From Octopus sinensis (taxonomy: Eukaryota), in contig NC_043002.1 in the NCBI RefSeq assembly GCF_006345805.1, positions 106,578,001 to 106,642,000 of the forward strand: a stretch of 64,000 nucleotides of DNA, in the 5' to 3' direction. The notes below the pieces were generated by a model. It made no database searches. It was not told where the DNA came from and saw only the letters and a list, made by a program, of their open reading frames with translations. Shown piece by piece: positions 55,022 to 64,000 of the stretch. Each line of letters opens with the position of its first letter. Position 1 is the stretch's first letter. The position numbers and the translations under genes are program-made.

Positions 55022-55764
55022 TTGTAGAAGATATCTGATTGGCTTATAGTATGACAGAAATATTAACTTGACAATAACTTCTTTTGAGATAATCTGATTT
55101 TGGATTGTTTCATCTTACCCTCGGGCCCTCAGAATCATAAAGCCAGTTTCCTGGTTTTCCTGGTGAGTAAGTGAAAGATCACAACATTACCTGTAACACC
55201 AGTCCATTACAAGATTCAAAGTCAGCAATTTTGATGGGAAGGGGCAAGTCAATCACATCACCCCATGTACTTAACTAGCATTTTATTTTATCAACTCTGA
55301 AGGGAGCAAGGACTAAGTTGATCTCAGTGGGATTTGAACTCGGAACATAAAGAGCTGAAAGAAATGCTATTAAATATTTTGTCCAGCACGTTACCTTAAG
55401 GAGACTGGCTGCCTCCTTAAGATACTTACCAAAATGTTGATGACTGAAAGGAGAGTCTACGACATTCTCAAAGGATACAAGGGTGCAATATGCTAAAGAT
55501 CAATATTCCTAAATATCTACAAGCCAGTTCAATAATCTTCCCAATGGCTTAACTATTTCTCTAATGGGGTTTATACTTGCAGTGAAGCCCTTACACTTTT
55601 TGTTGTAGAACAGGGGCGGGGGAACTTTTTGGTGGACAGTTTAACTGAGGTCTGGAGAGCAGAAAGCTGCACCAGGCTCCAATCTGATTGAATAACGTAT
55701 ATCTAGGACAGTCCTTGTAATAGGGATCTTGCAATGCATAAGCCATGAAAAAGACCATAACAAC

Positions 55765-56001
55765 CAGGGGTGCAGAGTCAAAACAAAAAACTTCAACTCC
55801 GACTCCTCTTTATGTAATTAAGTGATTGTGGTCTCCATATCTCATAATGCATATGCATACGCTTGTACTCTGAGTAGGCCTTTATGTTAAAACTGGTTTA
55901 TATTAAAGAATAAAGATATCAGGAGTCAGAATCAGAGTCAGTATAGTTACTCCGACTCCGACTACTCCTTAATTGTTTTCGACTCTGACTCCACAGCCCT
56001 G
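55765..56001. mobile_element. hAT-type MITE with (GACTCC)n subterminal repeats
   Basis: TIRs CAGGGGTGCAGAGTC / GACTCCACAGCCCTG; 6/8 TSD match (ATAACAAC / CTAATAAC). Confidence 0.7.
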
Positions 56002-57519
56002 CTAATAACTCATTAACCCACAATATGTTTGTTGTACCAGTACTCATACCAACATTTAGACTATACGATTCAATGCCAGATAAGATCTGTGCTATTCGTA
56101 TTTAAACCTGAAAACAATTAACTACCTCCAGAAATTTTGATACCAATAGTAATATTGAACACTTTTAACTAACGGTGCCCAGAGAAAGTTGAAGCTTAAC
56201 ATCCACCTAAACAGCCTCTGAATATTACATATCTCTTCAACATCTATTAACCTACATGGCCTTGCTCTTTTGCTTTTTGAGCCAAATAACTAACTAACTA
56301 ACTAACCACCAAGCAAATAATATTATGAGAGCTGAAAAGGAGCTTGTTGCTGATGAGCAAAGATACAAACCTGAGGAATCTACACAGTACTAGTGCAACA
56401 TCATCAAAGAAAAGACTTTTTGCTGATCAACAGGTCAGGGTTATATATGGCCATGTTGTCAGAAAACTTCAGAGAAGCAATAACATCAAAATAACTGAAA
56501 CAGTCTACTTTGGACCAACAACCATTATATTAGCTCTTGCTTTTGAAGGAAGTGTTTTCCCAATGAAATAACAACAAAACACCTGATGTACAAAAGCAGT
56601 AGCGTTGTAGGTAAAGCACCTCTAGTTGTAACAACTGATGCAGATTCTGTACAATTTACACCAAAGATGCCCCTGAGGAGATAAGCAATTGTTCAAAAAC
56701 ATCACCAAAGCATTATCTGTTGATCAGGTATGATGTAGAGGCCAAAACACTACACAATGCAATTTGTAGACAGGATAGTCCTGAAGAACAAAATATAAAA
56801 ACTTACACTGGTGCAGAGGGAATGGTTGTGTGGTTAAGAAGCTCACTTTACTACTACACGGTTAAAGGTTCAGTCCCACTGCATGGTACCCTGGGCAAGA
56901 GACTTCTATTAGAGGGTTAGGTTAGGGTTTGTGAATGAATTTGGCAGACAGGAATTGTATGGTAGCATCATCATCATCATTTAATGTCCGCTTTCCATGC
57001 TGGCATGGGTTGGACGGTTTGACTGAGGACTGGTGAGCCAGATGGCTGCACCAGGCTTCAATCTGATCTGGCAGAGTTTCTACAGCTGGATGTCCTTCCT
57101 AATGCCAACCACTCCAAGAGTGTAGTGGGTGCTTTTACATGCTACTGGCACAAGGGCCAGTCAGGCAGTACTGGCAATGACCACGCTTAAATGGTGTTTT
57201 TCATATGCCACCTGCACGGGAGCCAGTCTGGCGGCACTGGCAACGACCATGACCGAATGTTGTTTTTCACATGCCACTGGCACATGTGCCAGTGTGTGTA
57301 TTTGTCCCCGCCCACTACTTGACAACCAGTGACAGATTGTTTACATCCCCACAGCTTAGTGCTTCAGCAAAAGAATAAATACAAAAATTTAAAAAAGCAG
57401 ATTACTGGGGTTGATTTGTTCAACTAAGCTCTTCAAGGTGGTGCCCCAGCATGACCGTAATCCAATGACTGAAACAAGTAAAAGATGAAAGATAATACTG
57501 GAGGAATGTTCCTGTCTAA

Positions 57520-57913
57520 TCTCTCTATATATATAAAGCTGAAGTTGTCTGTGTATGGCAGGTTTGGTAGCCTTCAACTAACACTATCTCCTCCGAGACC
57601 CTGAGGCGCAAGTTGACCAAAATTGAGAGTATGATAGAAGAAGGCTCGCTCTTCTTTCCGTAAAAGAAAAAATTCAAATCGGACCATGTTAACACCAACA
57701 ATTATTTACATCAAAAAGGTGCTTTTTTTCTATGAAAATCCCTATTTTTTACGATTTTTTTACTGCTGTGTCGCCATTTTTCGGTGTATTTCAACCAGAA
57801 AAATGTTCACTTAAAGAGAATAACAAGCTACATGATGCAAAATTTTTACTTTTCAAAAATTCCAATTCTAAAGGATCGAAACAAACCCGAGCAACGCCGG
57901 GCGAAACTGCTAG
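57520..57913 (+). mobile_element. Non-autonomous Helitron, family H1 copy 2 (394 bp)
   Basis: A|TCTCTCTATATATATAAAGCTGAAG...CCCGAGCAACGCCGGG...CTAG|T; aligns end to end with 4582-4975. Confidence 0.85.
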
Positions 57914-58030
57914 TCCTTAATAAAATACAGGCACAAGTGACCAAGCACAATAATCAGGGAGAGAGTAAAGAAAGTTTGTACAAAAGCAGAAATCTGTTAT
58001 TGCTCATTAAAGGAGAGAATAAAAGGTCTG

Positions 58031-58325
58031 AAGCAGTTCTCAACCAGGGTCCATATGGCCCTTGTGGAGTGGGGATCCACATAAAATATGGCCCTTGTGG
58101 GCGTCCATATCAAATTTTGCTGTTTAAATTTATGTGCAATAAGTTGGCTCTATAACAACAATACACAAAATAATTTTGAATTTTTTTAATACAATTTCTA
58201 GTAATATTTAGTTATAAAAATATAATCGGACGTTTTTAAACGTTGAATGGATATGATGGAGGGTCGAGTCGATTAAAATAGGAATTAGAGGGATTCACAG
58301 GTAAGAAAATAGTCAAGAAACATTG
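58031..58325. mobile_element. Old hAT-like MITE remnant
   Basis: Degenerate TIRs (..GTTCTCAACC / ..TCAAGAAACATTG); no recognisable TSD. Confidence 0.4.
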
Positions 58326-59208
58326 ATCTAAACTAAAGAAAAATCTGCAGGCACCACACCTGAATTATAAGTTTTCACCTGTGATTATTGGAACACCTGG
58401 TTATGTAAATGTGTCTCAGCATCAGCCTTGAGAAACTAATTAACAAATTACAGTTACAAGCCATTAATGAAACTGTGGAGATATGCAAAACATTTGAGAA
58501 GATCAGCCTGTAACAGGTACACGCACGCATATAGGACATGTAGGTATGTATTCGTACAAATCAAATCATAGATACATATATGCAATGGCACACACAAACA
58601 CTACCGGGCGGATGTCTAAATTCCAATGGAGAAGCTGGTTCTTTTTCTAATTGATAAGTAATTTGGAAAATAAAGACAAAAAGAAAGAGAGAGAGAATAG
58701 GCAAGCATACATAGATATATTTTAACGATTTAAAATTCATGATATAAAACAATATTAAACATTATACCTTTGTAAATACAAAGGATTTTAACTATAAATC
58801 TGACAAGATACATAGTTTCTGGGCCCTTATTAATTTTGTTCTAAAACTAGTGTTCTGTTTAAAGTAAATTTATATTTCTGACAGTCAAGGTGAGAAACAA
58901 GAAACTTGATGAGTTTAAACCAGGAAACTATCTCAAAGATGTGTACGTGTAGCTGTGCATTCATACATGTTTATACCACATATACACATATAATTTGTTA
59001 ATAGTCTCGTTTGAAGTAGAAAAAAAAACTCCATGTACCCAATGTAAGAGTAGTGAAGATATTTATATTGTTTGAAGAAGCCTCGACAGACGAAATTTGA
59101 AGTCACAGTCTATCTCTTTTATACAGATAGTAAAGTCAATTCTGTCAGTTCTACTACACCCAGTATTGGATCCTCTCATGAGACGGTCTGGTTGAAACTA
59201 AAGGAAAA

Positions 59209-59477
59209 ACATCGTAGAAGAGCCATTTTACTATTACACAAGGTTGTTAAATTCACTTTTAAATTTAATTATCATTCAAAAGGCATCGGAATTTTCATCG
59301 TGCAACTGCAACCTGGGCAATAATAAATAACACAGTTCGACCGCAACTGCTTTGGGTGTGAAATCTAGTCAGTGCCCAGGTCGCAGTTGTACGACGAAAA
59401 CTTCTCCACTCATAATTAAATTTTGAAGTGAATTTAACAACCTTGTGTGTTATTAAATATCATTTCCTCTACGATGT
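59209..59477. mobile_element. Foldback element / MITE with ~110-bp imperfect inverted arms
   Basis: 59209-59319 pairs with 59373-59477 (e.g. ACACAAGGTTGTTAAATTCACTT / AAGTGAATTTAACAACCTTGTGT; CAACTGCAACCTGGGCA / TGCCCAGGTCGCAGTTG). Confidence 0.7.
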
Positions 59478-59517
59478 AGCTGCCAAACCCCAACAACACA
59501 CACACATACATACACAT

Positions 59518-59554
<37 letters not shown>

Positions 59555-59910
59555 CGGAAGAAATTAGTGGCTTGTCTATTTTCTTATTTATATCAACAAA
59601 CCTATATATATATAAAAATTCAAAATATGTCTGTGTCTGTACACACACAACAGGTCGGTACGTGTTGTATAATTAAATGTCGGACTTGTACCATTATATA
59701 AATGACTTTACGCCAATAATAGTTTGTTTACATTATTCACCAGATATATTGCTCTTAAATTTGGCAACTGAAATGTGTGGTAAACGATTCCTGTTTGAGC
59801 TGACCCTCACGTTCAACTTACTGAAGCACTGTGGTTGTCTATCCATGTATCTTATTTTAACGACGAGAGGGACAGTTGCACACACACACACACATATATA
59901 CATATATATA

Positions 59911-59976
<66 letters not shown>

Positions 59977-60229
59977 ATATATATAATGTGTCTTTCTTTA
60001 CTTAAGAGGCAAGGGCGTGATTCGAGGAACATTTGACAACTATCTGAGCAGGTTGAGGCCAGATATAGATGATTATAAAATCGACCTCGGAAAAGTAATT
60101 CTGGCGGGTTTTGAACTCAGAACATACAGCCGTAATTAAATGCCGGAACGTACCTTGCCTGGCACTTCGTTTCCGATAACACCCGTTTGGACTGTTGCAG
60201 TTTTATACGTACGTCTGGAGGTGTATATA

Positions 60230-60273
<44 letters not shown>

Positions 60274-60449
60274 GGTACGCTTACACACATTCGCTTAAAT
60301 AAAACATATAAATACTGACAGATACACACATCGGCAACGATTTCATTATATATATATATATATATACTGTAGTTATGTATATGACAAGTGAGTAAGAGTG
60401 GGTGTATATATATATATATATATATATGACAGTATACAGAAAAAGACAG

Positions 60450-61564
60450 ACTTACCAAGTTCCACATGAGATGTTATAGATCCATAGACAAGTGTATATA
60501 GAGAAATATCTAGTTGTGTATACATACACACCTATGTCTGTCTGTGTGTCGCACTAATCACACCTACAGGTTCGGGGAGATGTTGGCGGTGTGAGTAACT
60601 TCCTTCTTTATCGTCGTTCCGAGCACCTCGCAATAATCTTTATATTTCTATTTGTTTGTTCTCCTCCACACCGGTCAAGTTAGGATGGCGAGATGACCAC
60701 TGAATACCAAAGTAGTGGTTTAGGGATGGGAGCAGCGGTTGTGAGATGGGGCAGGACTGGGAATTCAGTATGTTTTTTGGGGGGTTTTTTCGGGGGGTTT
60801 TTTTTTCTTTATGCTTTTGGAGGTCTGAAGACGTATGCTTGGGAAATACTGGTGGTATGGATAAGTTTAATGTTAGGTTGATGTAGGAGTAAAGGAAGAG
60901 TTTACCACAATAACGATGGTTGTATGTTTTGCCTTTTTGTAGTGGTTGCTAACTGGTTAAATATTTAGCTAGTTCTCGGTGACGATGGTGGTGGTGGTGA
61001 TGTTGACAGTGTTTGTTGTGGTTGGGGTGTTGATATATCAGTGGCTGTGTTATTTGAAGTAGTGTAGATGGTAAACATGGTCATCATCATCATCATGAGA
61101 TCAACCTAGGGATGGGTGGGAATGCGTCGTGTGACAGAGACAACTTCGCCTTTTGGTCAGTGACGGACAATAGAGAGAAGCGGTTTTTGCTTCCATGGAC
61201 ACGAGGAAGAAAAGAATGAGAGACCGAGTAATGATGATGGTGGCGGCGGTGTTGGTGGTCATGGAGAGATACAAGCAATAGTTTTATCACCGGTCTGATT
61301 AAGGTGGGTGTGTGTAGGTTCGACCCTGTTCTGCGATACTGACCGATCACCGATTTAACAGTTCGTTATCGGAAGAGAAGATAAGTTATATGCGCGCGTT
61401 GTGTGTATATATTATATGTGCTTAATTATACTCACACATCATATTGACAGACTGTTTGTATGAAGTCTGAACATGTCCACAGAGATAAAAAATATTGTAT
61501 ATGTTTATATATATAGGAATGATAAACAGATATATATATATATGTCAGTAAAGTTTGATTCCTA

Positions 61565-61595
<31 letters not shown>

Positions 61596-62050
61596 GTTAA
61601 TTACATAGATTATACATAGAAATATAAGATAATTGGAAAGATAGACAAATATTGTAATGAGGGGAAGAAGGACCAATAGCAAGTGGTATTATATGATCAA
61701 CGGATTGTTTAGCGCTAAATGTTGTTGTTGAGAGGGGAGAGAAAGTGTGAGGAGGGTTTTTCTTCTGTTAGCATTCTCCGGTGACACGTCAACTTTTCTA
61801 GGCCTCTCTTCTCAATGATCGGCCTCTTTTCTTTCTTTAAATCCGTCACAGTGATTTCCTTCGAACTTTCAGCTGCAGTTTGGCAAAACTAGATAGGTTT
61901 TTCGGTCAGTGTTTCCCAGTCAACAGCCTGTTTCCACTCACAACTACTTCGACTGTCTGTCAAACAGACAAGGCTAGTCGCCATCTTGCAGTTGGACTTT
62001 GACCTTGAAATACAAACACCTCCCTTCCGAGGGGAGATAACTGCACACAC
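60450..62050 (-). promoter_or_regulatory. Candidate promoter / non-coding first exon region with donor TTG|GTAAGT at 60456/60455
   Basis: TE-free unique sequence with visibly retained CpGs, a YY1-type CAAGATGGCG motif (61988-61979), CAC/CAT/AAC low-complexity typical of long leaders, and a consensus donor. The link to MLK is inferred from strand only. Confidence 0.4.
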
Positions 62051-63424
62051 ACTCACAAATTTCTTAAACTTTTTTGACTAAATATTATTATTATTCATAT
62101 TTTATAATTATGTAAATGATTATAATTAATAATCAGTATTAATTACTGTAATTGATGTTTAGAATAAAATAATGTAACGGGATGTTATTTCGTCACGTAT
62201 AGTCAAGAACTAACGTACAATGTTCTCACGAGAACTTATTTTCAACAAGGGAAGTAACTAATGACATGTTGAAAAACTTTTTCTGTCAGATTTTTAATAC
62301 AAACACACACACACATATACTTTGTGTATATATATATATATATATAACTTTTTAATTTTTTTTGTTTCAGACGTTAAAGAATTATCCCAGATATTTGTGT
62401 ATATATGGTGTGGTCCATTTTGGTGAAAAAATATTGGTAGTCAAGTTGATTCTTGAGAAGGTAATAAGAAAGGAAACGTCTAAAGTTTGAGGTAAACAGA
62501 AAAATGGCATTATGCAGTACTTCCAGTGAAGATGAGATGGCTTAGGTTTCAATCTATAGCCCCATGAACCAACGAATGCACTTCTACAAGGTCGCTTGAC
62601 CTGCTAGAAATACCAACCAAATCTCACCCAAGGCTTTTAAAACCAGAATAGCCCTTTAGATAATGTTTTAGATACACTATGTCTGATAGGAGCGAGGGCC
62701 CCTGTTCAAATACTTGCGACTATAAGGTTGACATGGGACTATTCTGAATGTCCAACTTGAGAGGCAATGGGCAGCAGAGAATGCTTCATGTTGGAGATGG
62801 CAGAAGCATGTGGAAGAAAGCCTGGAACTGAGAATGATAAAAGAAATATGCCTCAGCCTATGGTATAGCCAAACAGTTGCTGGAGGAAATTTGTCATGTC
62901 TATGTATTTGTATATAGCCTTGTCTACACATGATGTGATAGCTCTAAATGAACATCATCATTACATCAGCAAGGTTGTTTATTTCCATTCTCCCAAGAAA
63001 AACATGTCTAGCCATGGGGAAATATTACCTGACTTGGAAACAGATGAAGGTTGGTGACAGGAAGGATATCCAGCTGTAGATAAATTTTCCTCAATATTCT
63101 GCGTGGAAAAGCAGATGTTAAACAATGACAAGGAAGTCCTCATTCACTACTTCTCTTATCTATTTGATGTCTTCTCATCCCTTCTCACTGCCCCCCTCCC
63201 CAATTCACTTGCATAATGAATGGAAACACTAGACCTGCTCAGACTCGCTCTCCCACCATCTACATCTCTCTACTCTCTCATTCACTAGTGTAGCTGGGAG
63301 TGGGAGTGGTACATCCCGAGTGGCATTTTGTGGTCTGCTGTAGGTAATCTGTGTTTTTTGTTGTGAGGCAGCAAACACTCTAGCTATGCTGGTGCTATCA
63401 TCAAAATGCTTCTGAAATGAGATT

Positions 63425-63665
63425 GCTACATGGTATAGTGGTTAAGAGCACAGGCTACTAACCCCAAAATTCCAATTTTGATTCCAGGCAGTAACCTGAA
63501 TAATAATAATAATAATAATAACAACATTGAAAAATACCTTAGGAATGAAAACCCAAGTTCGAAATTTCCCCAAGACACCTGATGAAGGCTGGAGGGTATA
63601 TCAGCCAAAACATTGTGTTAACAACAAACAAGATGAGGACAAATATCTGTCAAATGTAAATAATG
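63425..63665 (+). mobile_element. tRNA-headed SINE-like element with hammerhead-ribozyme tail, copy 2
   Basis: A-box TGGTATAGTGG (63431-63441), degenerate B-box, (AAT)n, CTGATGA at 63579-63585, GGCTG/CAGCC stem, AAAAC (G12>A), ATT, GTGTT. Same 3' end as copy 1. Confidence 0.8.
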
Positions 63666-64000
63666 TGCATTGTCATTGTTGGAGTTTGATATTCCTTTCC
63701 ACCCTCTCACTACCACTTGTACCAAATTTACCCCATGACCCTACGACACACACATTACAATGCCTAAGTAAATACGTAGCGATTGCATCAGATCCACTGC
63801 ATCCTCACCATCATTTAACCCCTTATGCTGCCATTCATCACTCCTTATCCTTTGTGAGTTTCTTATAGACTTCCATTACCCTCGTATCCTCCCCATCTTG
63901 ACTAGTCATCACTCACAATCCACTAAACACTGTCCTTCTCTACTAGTAGCCACCTCTCCCTCTCCCTGGTCACTCATTATTGATATCCATCACACTCTCC

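Overview
AT-rich, repeat-dense animal genomic DNA. The SINE/RTE/microsatellite landscape suggests a coleoid cephalopod, probably Octopus (inference, no search run). Only one protein-coding exon is supportable: the first coding exon of a mixed-lineage kinase (MAP3K9/10/11, slipper-type) on the minus strand (16965-15642). It encodes a long low-complexity N-terminus, an SH3 domain and the kinase N-lobe up to HRDLKSSN, and ends at a GTGAGT donor. I found no exon 2 within 1-15641. A possible distal non-coding first exon/promoter lies at about 60.4-62.0 kb. The rest is intronic or intergenic: three high-copy SINE-like families, RTE/R2/CR1 LINE remnants, a decayed mariner, mariner and hAT MITEs, non-autonomous Helitrons, two minisatellites, many microsatellites and several foldback palindromes. 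The most striking signal is a set of minimal type-I hammerhead-ribozyme (HHR) motifs with palindromic stem III, of the kind known from Penelope-like elements, in at least three distinct repeat families. One family is fused to a tRNA-derived Pol III head (two copies), and one HHR copy is split cleanly by a Helitron. Every copy here carries at least one lesion, so activity is inferred only for the ancestral consensus.
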